Below the pieces are notes generated by a model. The model ran no database searches, was not told the DNA's origin, and was given only the letters and a program-made list of their open reading frames with translations. Of a stretch of DNA of 64,000 bases, positions 16,834-26,549 are shown piece by piece. How positions within the stretch are numbered: the stretch's first letter is position 1; every line of letters starts with the position of its first letter. Source of the stretch: an uncultured Pseudomonadota bacterium (GTDB lineage: Bacteria; UBA10199; GCA-002796325; CAYWXY01); contig CAYWXY010000001.1 in assembly GCA_964462555.1 (NCBI GenBank), positions 1,577 through 65,576 on the forward strand, written 5' to 3'. Both the position numbers and the translations under genes were made by a program.

Positions 16834-17862
16834 TTAGAATAAATCTTTTTGGGTGGAAATGGCGCTTTTGGGAGCGCCGCCTTCATTTTCGGCCTCGGTT
16901 CGAGCAAGATAGACCATAGCGGCACCGATCGCGGAATCGAACCAGTCGTCACTCGCATTATTGTAAGCAACGGTAAGCGTAATCATGTCGCCACTTCCAA
17001 CGGCGACGCCGGCCGGATCTTGAAAGGGTGGAAGTGATGTAATCCGATGATCATCATCGATCAATGCTGTCCCCTTCCAAAAGGGGTCACCCTCATCACC
17101 CTTAGTAAGAGAAACCGAAACGCCATAATTTTGTAGAAGCCCATGGGCCTGAATCACAGAACCTGTCTCCGGTGAATAGGCAACCTCTACCTTTTCAACA
17201 AATTGTCCCGGTGCGATATTAATCGGCTCGTGATAACAAGGGTCGAGATCGATCATCATTGGCAAAACATCGGTCATCATCTTTGTATTGTCCATCGGTT
17301 CGCCAACGAGAATGACCTTGATATAGACACCAAAAAAATCCTGCTTCAACGGGTTCTGAAGAACAACGCGGGCCTCGAGCGGATCGCTGGGAACGACGGC
17401 ATAACCATGTCCCTCGGGAAGTTCAATCTTTTCCATATTGGAACTGGTGGCCGCAAAGGGATTTCCGGTTTGGCTGGTTGTACAAAAACTATTTTCCTCA
17501 CCGTGATTCACGAGAAGGATTTGATGAACAAGCTCGTTTGGGAGAGCAGCACCTTCAGCATCTTCAATGATCGGTTCAATCGATGTTACCCAGAGAGGTT
17601 CCTCCAGGTTGAAGCGCATCGTTGCCGGTTTCAAAATCATGGCGTTGGCAGACGTCATTGACGAAATATCATAAGGCCCCATATGGTACGTATAGACAAC
17701 CTTTCCGGTCTCATCGAGATAGTCGGAGATCGAGAGTTCTGCCTTTGACGGTTCGGCCTTCAGCTGCATGCTGGGGCCGCCTGGAACGTCGTTACAGGCG
17801 GAAAGGAGTGCCACCAAAGATATTGTTGCAAATGTGATAAGCTTTCGCATAAGTTTGGCCAT
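16834..17862 (-). CDS. Hypothetical lipoprotein (true start likely MAKLMRKLITFATISLVALLSAC at 17862)
   Basis: LSAC lipobox after hydrophobic stretch; the listed ORF's N-terminal extension lacks features. Confidence 0.55.
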   Translation of the reverse strand: MAKLMRKLITFATISLVALLSACNDVPGGPSMQLKAEPSKAELSISDYLDETGKVVYTYHMGPYDISSMTSANAMILKPATMRFNLEEPLWVTSIEPIIEDAEGAALPNELVHQILLVNHGEENSFCTTSQTGNPFAATSSNMEKIELPEGHGYAVVPSDPLEARVVLQNPLKQDFFGVYIKVILVGEPMDNTKMMTDVLPMMIDLDPCYHEPINIAPGQFVEKVEVAYSPETGSVIQAHGLLQNYGVSVSLTKGDEGDPFWKGTALIDDDHRITSLPPFQDPAGVAVGSGDMITLTVAYNNASDDWFDSAIGAAMVYLARTEAENEGGAPKSAISTQKDLF

Positions 17863-17901
17863 GTTAACACGAGGCTTTTTTAGCGGTGAATACGCGCCGC
17901 G

Positions 17902-19311
17902 TTGGACAAAATGACGCAGGGTGACATGAAAATGGAAGAGACAATTACAGCTATAGCGACGCCTCCAGGGCGGGGGGCGATCGGGATTATTCGGATCAGC
18001 GGTTCCCAGGCAAAGGAGATTTTGGGGAAGGTGTGGAAAAGTGGCCCCCATCCTGTGGAAAACTTCGTAACACACCGATTATACTTAGGAAATATTGTTG
18101 ATTTGTCCACAGGGGAAACAGTCGATCAGGTAATGGCCGTGCTGATGCAGGGACCACACTCCTATACGGCCGAAGACGTAGTTGAAATCAACTGTCACGG
18201 CGGACCTCAAACGATAAAAGCCATATTAAATCAAATAGTTAAATCGGGTGCGCGACTGGCTGAACCGGGGGAGTTTACGAAACGGGCCTTTTTAAATGGC
18301 AAGCTCGACCTGGCCCAGGCCGAGGCCGTGGCTCAGCTGATCGATGCCCGGTCAAGCCGAGCGGCCAAGTTGGCAGAGGAACAGCTCGAGGGAAAACTCT
18401 CAAAAAAAATTCGGTCTCTTCAGTCCAGTCTCAAAGAGTTGACCGCATACGTCGAGGCAACGATCGATTTTCCCGAAGAGGACGAGCGATTTATTGAAGA
18501 GGGAGAGATCGGAAAACAACTTGGAAATCTACAAACAACAATTACGCACCTGATCGAAAGTTACGATGAGGGACGAATTCTGCGCGAGGGCGTAAAGACC
18601 GTTATCGCGGGGCCACCCAACGCCGGAAAATCAAGTCTCTTAAATGCGATTCTCGGGACCGAACGGGCGATCGTTCATCACATTCCAGGAACAACGCGCG
18701 ACACGATCGAAGAGGGTGTTTTGATTCGCGGTATTCCGTTTCAAATGATTGATACGGCCGGGATTCGGGAGGCCGAGGAGGAAGTAGAAGAGATCGGCGT
18801 GGGTAGAAGCCGTCAGGCGCTGACACAGGCCGAGGTTGTTATTGTTGTTCTCGATGGTCACGATTACCGTGCGACCGACGATCGGTTTGTTGAAGAATTG
18901 AAAGATGTTAAACATGTTGTTGTCGTAATTAACAAGATAGACCTTAAGGAAAAAATTGACGCAGGCGAAATCAGCAATCGTTTCGTCGGTCGAAGGATTG
19001 TAAAGGTGTCGGCCAAAAATGGCGATGGCATTGAACAACTTTTGGAGACCGTGGCCGACGAGATCGTTAGCGACCATGCCGCAAACGAGGAAGAAGATAT
19101 TGTAATTACGTCGGAGCGGCATTTTGAGTTATTAGGTAGATCTGCCGAGGCCCTAGAATCTGCAAACGAGGAGTTATCAAAGAACCAATCGCCGGAATTT
19201 ATTGCCATTCACCTGAAAGAGGCCCTCGGCCAGCTGGGCCGAATCGTCGGCGAGGTCACAACGGACGACCTTTTGAACGAAATCTTCAGTAAATTTTGTA
19301 TTGGGAAATAA
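17902..19311 (+). CDS. mnmE: tRNA modification GTPase MnmE/TrmE (start may be an internal Met near 17926)
   Basis: TITAIATPPGRGAIGIIRISG N-terminal motif; G-domain GPPNAGKSSLLNAIL, DTAGIRE; C-terminal CIGK motif. Confidence 0.92.
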   Translation: MDKMTQGDMKMEETITAIATPPGRGAIGIIRISGSQAKEILGKVWKSGPHPVENFVTHRLYLGNIVDLSTGETVDQVMAVLMQGPHSYTAEDVVEINCHGGPQTIKAILNQIVKSGARLAEPGEFTKRAFLNGKLDLAQAEAVAQLIDARSSRAAKLAEEQLEGKLSKKIRSLQSSLKELTAYVEATIDFPEEDERFIEEGEIGKQLGNLQTTITHLIESYDEGRILREGVKTVIAGPPNAGKSSLLNAILGTERAIVHHIPGTTRDTIEEGVLIRGIPFQMIDTAGIREAEEEVEEIGVGRSRQALTQAEVVIVVLDGHDYRATDDRFVEELKDVKHVVVVINKIDLKEKIDAGEISNRFVGRRIVKVSAKNGDGIEQLLETVADEIVSDHAANEEEDIVITSERHFELLGRSAEALESANEELSKNQSPEFIAIHLKEALGQLGRIVGEVTTDDLLNEIFSKFCIGK

Positions 19312-19408
19312 GAAGAGAGATATTTCACATTTAGCTTTTCATTTATTGTCATGGCGATAGGGGTAGTGCGGGCATACTAAATCGAATAATCACAAAAAGG
19401 AGGTCTCT

Positions 19409-20551
19409 ATGAGAAAGGTTACATTAACAGTGGCATGTGCCATCTTGGCCATATCGCTCGCTGCCTGTGGCGGTTCATCCGGTGGCGGCGGTGGCGGCGG
19501 TGGTGATACCGGATCAGCGCTAAAGGGTTTAGCCACATGTACAGCACAAACAGGTGAGGCTGTCATTTGTGGTACGGTCTATGCGGCCGATGGAACAACG
19601 CCTGTTATTGGGGCAACGATTACACAAGGAACAGCTTCTGGTGATGAAGTTGCTCTGACAGGACTTTATAAGGGAGTTGCAAGTGATACTGCCTGTCAAA
19701 CAGATACAAGCGGTGCGTTTGCCTGTTCGGGAATCACAACCGCAGGAACGTTTACGTTTTACATTGCCAGCGACATCGGAAGTAGCTCTTTTTCTCAGGC
19801 CGCGACAATAGGCGAAACGGCAGATGTGCCAGCGTCTTCGACAACCATCAGTGGAAGCAGCGGAACAGCCCAATGGTTGGTTGTCCCCGGAGCTTATGAT
19901 GGGATTCAAAAACTTCTGGCCGACATGAAGGGGTGCACGTTGACGGGTGACGAATCAAATCCCCCGGCCCTAACAAACAGTGATGAATGTGAGGCACTCG
20001 GCCTACTTGTTTTAACAGCTGTTGAAATTGATACATATTTTTCCGATGTTGCTGAGCTCACGGCATACGATTCGATTTTTGTCAATTGCGCCACAGACCT
20101 GAGTTCATATTCAACCGTTCTTGAGGAATACGTTGCGCAGGGTGGTAATATGTATTTTTCAGATTTGGCTGATGATGGTTTGACGACAGCCTTTCCAGGA
20201 AATGTCACCTTTGGAACAGCCGCGACAAGTTCCGGAACAGTCGCCGCGGCCGACATTGATGACACCGGTCTTGCGACCTATTTGGGCGTTTCAACCATGG
20301 AGATCGTTTTTGATCTCGGTTCCTGGCAAGACATTACATCGGTTGAGAGCAACGTGACGACCTACATCAGTGGTGACACCTCATCACTGGGTGGAATGGC
20401 AGATGCTCCGATTACAGTTGGCTGGAAAGAAGATACAGGCGGATGCCTCTTCTATACATCCTACCATGTCGAGGCAAGTACGGCAGAAGATGCCAATCAG
20501 GAAAAGGCCCTGAAATATCTCGTCCTCAATATTAGTCAAATTTGTCAGTAA
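19409..20551 (+). CDS. Hypothetical lipoprotein with poly-Gly linker
   Basis: MRKVTLTVACAILAISLAACGGSSGGGGGGGGD; strong RBS AAGGAGG 7 nt upstream; followed by a terminator. Confidence 0.65.
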   Translation: MRKVTLTVACAILAISLAACGGSSGGGGGGGGDTGSALKGLATCTAQTGEAVICGTVYAADGTTPVIGATITQGTASGDEVALTGLYKGVASDTACQTDTSGAFACSGITTAGTFTFYIASDIGSSSFSQAATIGETADVPASSTTISGSSGTAQWLVVPGAYDGIQKLLADMKGCTLTGDESNPPALTNSDECEALGLLVLTAVEIDTYFSDVAELTAYDSIFVNCATDLSSYSTVLEEYVAQGGNMYFSDLADDGLTTAFPGNVTFGTAATSSGTVAAADIDDTGLATYLGVSTMEIVFDLGSWQDITSVESNVTTYISGDTSSLGGMADAPITVGWKEDTGGCLFYTSYHVEASTAEDANQEKALKYLVLNISQICQ

Positions 20552-20571
20552 GTTTTTAAGGTCAATACAAA

Positions 20572-20603
20572 GGCCCGGGGATTCAAACCCCGGGCCTTTT
20601 TTT
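20572..20603. terminator. Rho-independent terminator shared by convergent genes 19409-20551(+) and 20602-21435(-)
   Basis: GGCCCGGGG-ATTCAAA-CCCCGGGCC perfect 9-bp stem followed by TTTTTTT. Confidence 0.85.
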
Positions 20604-21435
20604 ATTCATTCAAGAAAGTGTTGACCATATCCTGAAGTCCGGAAAACCAAGGTCCCATTATGGTTAGTTCTCCTCCGCCTGATGAGTAAGGATTAAGAAT
20701 GATGCCGTCTGGTTCATCTTGGTTGCATAGGAATATAATGTTGGCACTAGGGTCTGAAAAATCCCAGGGCGCAGTGGAATATTGATAAGTGTTGTTCTCA
20801 TTACAATCTGATCCCTCGGAAACAATATTTTCACCAAGTAATGTGTATACAATAAGCTTTAATCGGCGTAAGGCCCAATTGGATACTGCGTACTGAAACC
20901 AATTTTGATAAAGATCCCAAAGCTCTTTTGGGGAAACAACACCAGAATAGAGTGTTGATGACGATTGCCAATAAACTTTGCAAAGAGGAACGTCTTGATC
21001 GCTCATGGCGTAAAGGCGACGGCTACCAGGCCTTTTTTTGATAATCTCTTCACCGTTCGTGGAGGCTATATATTGGATGATGACGCAATTTGGCATATCG
21101 TTAGTGGTAGAAAAATTGCTGTGTGAAATAAGCTGAATGGCGGTTGTGTTAGAAAAGGTCTCCGTCGATTCCAAATAATTTGGATTAGTCAAAAAATGTG
21201 CAATTCGATACGATGTTCCTTCATAAAATGAAGAGAGATTGTCAGGCGTCAAAATGATCTCGGCATAATCGATATCTTGATACGTAACCATCTTCTGGTA
21301 AAGACTATAATGAAAGCCGGGGGATGATTGGTCTTGATTCTGAAAGGCTTCTGCCGCGCCCATTAATATGGGCAGCAATGAAATTACAACGGTGACAACA
21401 ATAGTAACGACAACTGCATAGAACATTCCTTTCAT
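20602..21435 (-). CDS. Hypothetical secreted/membrane-anchored protein
   Basis: N-terminal hydrophobic helix MKGMFYAVVVTIVVTVVISLLPILMGAA; no recognizable domain. Confidence 0.5.
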   Translation of the reverse strand: MKGMFYAVVVTIVVTVVISLLPILMGAAEAFQNQDQSSPGFHYSLYQKMVTYQDIDYAEIILTPDNLSSFYEGTSYRIAHFLTNPNYLESTETFSNTTAIQLISHSNFSTTNDMPNCVIIQYIASTNGEEIIKKRPGSRRLYAMSDQDVPLCKVYWQSSSTLYSGVVSPKELWDLYQNWFQYAVSNWALRRLKLIVYTLLGENIVSEGSDCNENNTYQYSTAPWDFSDPSANIIFLCNQDEPDGIILNPYSSGGGELTIMGPWFSGLQDMVNTFLNE

Positions 21436-21847
21436 ATGACCTCCCAAAAGAAATGTCCCTCTAACAATGTAACAGCAGCAAACATGTGTTGATTAATGGC
21501 ACTCTAAAAAAATTTCGATCAAGACGCTGTTGCGTCCTCGGTATCGATTGGTATCGGTGGCGTCGGAACAATGATCGCAATGGCAGAAACAACAAATAGA
21601 GTGTAGGTCCTTCTTTTCATTTCTCCCTCGATTAATGATTGATGTGGCCCCAATGTCGTGTAATGCAAATAGAATGCCAAGGGGTCGAAATGTAAAATAA
21701 TAAATAAAATTAGAGGGATACGCCAGATTTTACAGGCGTCGGATAACTATCATAATGATAGATTCAGGGCCTTCTCTCAAAATGGGAGAGAAAATGGAGC
21801 CCCCAAAAATTGACAATGGGTAGGGCCTCACGTATAGAGCAGGCGCG

Positions 21848-23704
21848 ATGAAAAGGAACTATGACATTATTGTGATCGGCGCAGGCCACGCAGGTATTGA
21901 AGCGGCGCTCGCCTCCGCGCGAATGGGATGTGAGACCCTTCTCGTGACCGGGCGACTGGAGACGATTGGGCATATGAGCTGCAATCCGTCGATCGGTGGT
22001 CTGGCCAAGGGTCATCTGGTCCGCGAGATCGACGCCCTGGGCGGTGAGATGGGAATTGCCGCCGACAAAACCGGCATCCAATTTCGCCGGCTCAATACCA
22101 AGAAGGGGCCCGCCGTTCGGGCAACACGCTGTCAGACCGATCGCACCTCCTACATGCACTACATGCGAAGTGTTTTAGAGAAACAAGAAGGCCTCGAACT
22201 CTTGGAGGGAATTGTTGGGGAGGTTGTTGCCAAGAACGGAACGATTAAGGGAGTAAAGATAGACAATGCGGAAATCTCGTCCTCGAAGGTCATTATTACA
22301 ACCGGGACTTTTTTAAACGCCCTCCTTCACTATGGGATGGAACATGTTGAAGGTGGTCGAGAAAATGATTTTTCCGCGAAGGATCTTTCGAGAAATCTTA
22401 AAGAGCTCGGTTTTACGCTCGGTCGCCTCAAGACCGGAACCTGCCCCCGCCTTAAGGGCGACACAATCGATGTTGACAAAATGGAAATACAACCTGGTGA
22501 TGAGACATCCCCCACTTTTTCATTTAGTAAGACCGACCATCCCCTCCCCCAGCTTCCCTGTTACATGACATATACAAACGAAAAGACGCACGATGTGATT
22601 CGTTCCGGCCTAGATCGGTCGCCACTCTACTCCGGGAAAATTCAGGGAACAGGTCCAAGGTATTGCCCATCAATAGAAGATAAAATCGTCAGGTTTAAAG
22701 ATAAGGCTCGTCACCAACTCTTCGTGGAGCCGGAAGGTCTCGACATTAACGAGGTCTACGTCAATGGCCTGTCGACATCGCTCCCAAAAGATATTCAAGA
22801 GAAAATGCTCACGACGATTCCCGGTCTCGAGAATGCTGAAATTGCTCGATATGGTTATGCCGTTGAATATGATTATGTTCCACCAACACAGCTGAGGCCG
22901 ACATTGGAAACCAAAAAGGTTAAAGGCCTTTATTTGGCCGGCCAGATTAATGGAACGTCGGGCTACGAAGAGGCCGCAGCCCAAGGCCTCATGGCCGGGA
23001 TCAACGCTGTCAATGCGCTCAAGAATAAAGAGCCCTTTATTCTCGGTCGACCCGAGGCCTATATCGGTGTTTTAATCGACGATTTAGTTACGAAGGGAAC
23101 CGAAGAGCCTTACCGCATGTTTACATCACGCGCCGAATATCGACTCCTCCTCAGGGAAGATAATGCCGATCTTCGTCTCTCAGAAAAGGGCCACCGATTG
23201 GAACTTTTGACAGGGGATCGCTACGAAATATTCGCCGAAAAGGAAAAGAGAATTAATGAATTGCGAAAAGTGTTGAACGAAACAAGGCTCAATGCCGACA
23301 AAGAGACAAATCGAATATTAGGCGAAATTGGGACGGCCCATCTTCGAAAACAGATTACACTCGCAGACCTCCTGCGTCGCTCAGAAGTGAAAATTGAAGA
23401 GGCGCTAAAGAACTTCACAGATATAGATCCAGGGGCAATAGAGAATGATGCAGTAGAAGAGGCGGAGATCGAGGTGAAATATTCGGGCTATATTAGGTTC
23501 CAGCTTGAAGATGCCAAACGTCATAAAAAACTCGACGATATGCGAATTCCCGACAACTTTTCATACGAGCGCGAAGGTCTTTCTCGTGAGGTACAGGAGA
23601 AGCTCGAAAGCGTTCAGCCGAGGACGCTTGGACAGGCCTCCCGAATATCGGGAATTACGCCCGCTGCCATTTCGATCTTGATGGTTCACCTCAAAACGCG
23701 GTAA
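21848..23704 (+). CDS. mnmG: tRNA uridine 5-carboxymethylaminomethyl modification enzyme MnmG/GidA
   Basis: [26 protein letters not shown]-binding N-terminus; 618 aa typical length; conserved C-terminal domain. Confidence 0.93.
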   Translation: MKRNYDIIVIGAGHAGIEAALASARMGCETLLVTGRLETIGHMSCNPSIGGLAKGHLVREIDALGGEMGIAADKTGIQFRRLNTKKGPAVRATRCQTDRTSYMHYMRSVLEKQEGLELLEGIVGEVVAKNGTIKGVKIDNAEISSSKVIITTGTFLNALLHYGMEHVEGGRENDFSAKDLSRNLKELGFTLGRLKTGTCPRLKGDTIDVDKMEIQPGDETSPTFSFSKTDHPLPQLPCYMTYTNEKTHDVIRSGLDRSPLYSGKIQGTGPRYCPSIEDKIVRFKDKARHQLFVEPEGLDINEVYVNGLSTSLPKDIQEKMLTTIPGLENAEIARYGYAVEYDYVPPTQLRPTLETKKVKGLYLAGQINGTSGYEEAAAQGLMAGINAVNALKNKEPFILGRPEAYIGVLIDDLVTKGTEEPYRMFTSRAEYRLLLREDNADLRLSEKGHRLELLTGDRYEIFAEKEKRINELRKVLNETRLNADKETNRILGEIGTAHLRKQITLADLLRRSEVKIEEALKNFTDIDPGAIENDAVEEAEIEVKYSGYIRFQLEDAKRHKKLDDMRIPDNFSYEREGLSREVQEKLESVQPRTLGQASRISGITPAAISILMVHLKTR

Positions 23705-23739
23705 AGTAGACATCGGGGTCAGACCCCTTTGTCTACTTT
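23703..23739. repeat. Nested hairpin element AAAGTAGACA-TC-GGGGTCAGACCCC-TTT-GTCTACTTT overlapping the mnmG stop; its 27-nt core recurs at 48785-48811
   Basis: Exact 27-nt match ATCGGGGTCAGACCCCTTTGTCTACTT at 23712-23738 and 48785-48811; palindromic. Confidence 0.6.
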
Positions 23740-23759
23740 CAAGAACGACTGGAAATATT

Positions 23760-24896
23760 TTGGAAATGCAGATTGACCAAAAAACTCTAATCAAACTGAT
23801 CGACCGCCTCAATAGCTATCCGGTGGGGCTTCCCGACACACCCGACATTCGAGAATTTCTCCAAATCCTCATGACGTCGGACGAGGCCTCGGTTGCAGCC
23901 TCGTTTCCGATGCGCGAGGCAACAGCCGCGGAACTTTCAAAAAAGAGCGGTTTTGATTTGGAGACGACAGAGAAGCTCCTCGATCAATTGGCCGATAAGG
24001 GCGCTGTCATTGATTTTGAAGTAACGAAAAGCGACCGGTATTATCTTTTAACTCCTTCGATCATCGGTTTTATCGAATTTTCACTGATGAAAATACACGA
24101 AGGTTTGCCGATGAAGCGGATGGCCGAGATTCTCAAGCGCTATGAGGACGAAGATCTCTACAAAGAGGTCTTTGGTTCAAAGACTCCGATTACTCGAACG
24201 CTTGTTGCGCACAACGTTCCGGTATCATCCCAGATCATGACGTATACACAGGTGGCCGAGGTCATTAAGGCCGCCGGCGGTGGCGCCCTCCAGACATGTT
24301 TTTGTCGACACCAGTCCCATCTCATCGACACACCGTGTGAAGTGGCACCCTTTGAAGAGACCTGTATCAGTCTGGGGTCGGCATCATCGTTTGTGGTTCG
24401 CCGTGGTTTCGCAAGACCGGCAACCGTTGAGGAGCTTCTGAAAAAAACACGCGAACTCGGCGAAAAAGGTCTGATTCACGTCACCGACAATGTTCGCAAT
24501 AAGCCGAGCTTTATCTGCAATTGTTGTGGGTGTTGTTGTGGCCTTCTGGCCGGAATTAATCGAAAAAATATTCCACATGCCGTCTCACCATCGCCCTACA
24601 TATTGAAAACCGACGACGAGACATGTATCGGCTGTGCGGCCTGTGTTCAAAAGTGTCAGATTAATGCAATTACGATCCATAATAAAAAGGCGGTCGTCGA
24701 TGCAAAAAATTGTCTTGGGTGTGGAAGCTGTCTAAGGTTTTGCAGGCCAGGAGCGCTGAAGCTCGTTAAGAGAAAAAAGGCCCCGAAAATTCCAAAGAAT
24801 TCCATGAGAAAATTTGCAAAAATATCGTTCGAAAAGGGACGTCTTAGAAAGTGGTTTCCAGACATTGTTCGATCGAGACTAAGAAAGATAATGTAA
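23760..24896 (+). CDS. Uncharacterized iron-sulfur protein with C-terminal 2x[4Fe-4S] ferredoxin-type domain, inserted between mnmG and rsmG
   Basis: CIGCAACVQKCQ and CLGCGSCLRFCRP ferredoxin CxxCxxCxxxCP motifs; additional Cys cluster FICNCCGCCCG. Confidence 0.65.
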   Translation: MEMQIDQKTLIKLIDRLNSYPVGLPDTPDIREFLQILMTSDEASVAASFPMREATAAELSKKSGFDLETTEKLLDQLADKGAVIDFEVTKSDRYYLLTPSIIGFIEFSLMKIHEGLPMKRMAEILKRYEDEDLYKEVFGSKTPITRTLVAHNVPVSSQIMTYTQVAEVIKAAGGGALQTCFCRHQSHLIDTPCEVAPFEETCISLGSASSFVVRRGFARPATVEELLKKTRELGEKGLIHVTDNVRNKPSFICNCCGCCCGLLAGINRKNIPHAVSPSPYILKTDDETCIGCAACVQKCQINAITIHNKKAVVDAKNCLGCGSCLRFCRPGALKLVKRKKAPKIPKNSMRKFAKISFEKGRLRKWFPDIVRSRLRKIM

Positions 24897-24908
24897 GCCG
24901 AAGGGAGT

Positions 24909-25544
24909 ATGATCATGAAAGGTCTTCCAGAATTTGATGCCCATATGGACGAGGCGCAGGTGATTAATTTTGAACAATACCTGGGGCTCCTTCTGAAGTG
25001 GAATCGGGCCTACAATTTAACGGCGTTAAATGATCCAATCGAGGTCTATGAAAAACACTTTTCCGATTCGGCCATGCCCCTTCAGTTTGTAAGAGAGAAC
25101 GCGAAATTGATTGATATTGGCACGGGCGCTGGCTTTCCCGGCGTGCCAATCAAGATACTCCGAAGCGATATTCAGGTTACCCTTGTTGACTCTAAGTCGA
25201 AAAAGGTCAACTTCTGTGAACATGTTGTCCGTGAACTGAGCCTTAAGGGAATCAAGGTGATCCAGGGCCGCGCCGAAGAGGCAGCGATGCAAAAACGGTT
25301 GGGTAAATTCGACGTGGTCGTTTCGCGCGCCACGCTCAAGCTCCCCTCGTTCATCAAGGTGGGAGAAAAATATGTTAAGAAGAGCGGACATTTGATTGCA
25401 ATGCTCGGTGTCAATTGGTCGGATGATCTGGATAAGGCGATGAGTCAAATCAAGAAATCAAACCTTAAGTTGATCAAGGTTCACGAATACACACTACCCA
25501 TCAGTCAAAATCACCGCGCCTTATTAATTTTCGAGAAATCCTAG
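24909..25544 (+). CDS. rsmG: 16S rRNA (guanine527-N7)-methyltransferase RsmG/GidB
   Basis: LLLKWNRAYNLTAL...HFSDS...IDIGTGAGFPGVPIKI SAM-binding motif characteristic of RsmG. Confidence 0.9.
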   Translation: MIMKGLPEFDAHMDEAQVINFEQYLGLLLKWNRAYNLTALNDPIEVYEKHFSDSAMPLQFVRENAKLIDIGTGAGFPGVPIKILRSDIQVTLVDSKSKKVNFCEHVVRELSLKGIKVIQGRAEEAAMQKRLGKFDVVVSRATLKLPSFIKVGEKYVKKSGHLIAMLGVNWSDDLDKAMSQIKKSNLKLIKVHEYTLPISQNHRALLIFEKS

Positions 25545-25668
25545 AAATATAATAAGAATATTCGGTTTGGGTTTCGAGGCTCGTTTCGTCTATTGGTTTC
25601 GGTTGCGGTGAAACAGACGACACCTTGACCGTAAAACGATACGGGCATCGTGACCGAAACCGGAAGTT

Positions 25669-26415
25669 TTAAAGATAATCAGACAAATCGACATCAACGC
25701 CATCAATAGCAAAGGTTCCAGAAAAGGTATAACTCTCTAGATTAAACGGGGCGCCATGTGCCTTAAATGTGACATCGTATGTGATGGTGTGACTGCTTCC
25801 ATTAAGCGTGAGCGTAATCGATGATGACTCTTCAAGGGAGCCGGTAACACATCGTCCACTCCCGATCAGTGTTTCAATGCTTTCTTCGAGACGACCGTTA
25901 AATTGACACGTGAGGAGCCCATCAAGTGAAAACTGTCCCACATCTGGATCGCTAATGGAGTAGGCCTGAAAATCAGCCGAAAGATTTAATGGAACAAAAT
26001 AATAAACCGGCGCCGATGCACCGTTACTTTGAATGGTTTCAAGATCACCATCTGCGTTGATGATAGCGTCACCTGAATCTCCAGAGACATTCATGTTCCG
26101 ATCAACGGTGCCGATTTCACCGCTAAAACCAACATTGACACTCTTCGCACCACTTCCGCCACTTTGTTGGATGCCATCGATACTAACATCTTCAAAGACG
26201 GCCTCGCCGAGAAGCGAGCGAATAATGAGGAGGATTTCAGAATCCCTGAGATCCTCAATCGTTCCCACCTCAGCACTGCCGCTTTCATCCGTCGTCGGCG
26301 CGGAGGTCTCCGGTGAATCCGCTGGATCAGTGGCCCCTTTGTTCGTCCGATCATTTCCACAGGCCATGGTCACGAAGAGAGAAAAGCTCAATATTATAGA
26401 TAAGATATACTTCAT
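25669..26415 (-). CDS. Hypothetical lipoprotein
   Basis: MKYILSIILSFSLFVTMACGN lipobox; acidic Ser/Gly-rich mature region. Confidence 0.55.
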   Translation of the reverse strand: MKYILSIILSFSLFVTMACGNDRTNKGATDPADSPETSAPTTDESGSAEVGTIEDLRDSEILLIIRSLLGEAVFEDVSIDGIQQSGGSGAKSVNVGFSGEIGTVDRNMNVSGDSGDAIINADGDLETIQSNGASAPVYYFVPLNLSADFQAYSISDPDVGQFSLDGLLTCQFNGRLEESIETLIGSGRCVTGSLEESSSITLTLNGSSHTITYDVTFKAHGAPFNLESYTFSGTFAIDGVDVDLSDYL

Positions 26416-26549
26416 TGGTCACCTATAAATGTTATCGGTCCCAGGGTCCCAGATGTTGCGTATAAAATAAAGAAAAAAAGCCAAATATATTGAGATACTT
26501 AGCAACTAATTGGGGCCCCGAACGATAACCTCCCTGACAGCGGAGGGTA

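Noticed and set aside
20572-20596. GGGGATTCAAACCCC-containing hairpin resembling a tRNA T-arm
   Set aside because: It is a perfect 9-bp stem plus T-tract terminator with no acceptor or anticodon arms
21764-22178. ORF 21764-22159(-) and 21996-22178(+) over the mnmG start
   Set aside because: Antisense or alternate-frame to the strongly conserved mnmG FAD-binding region
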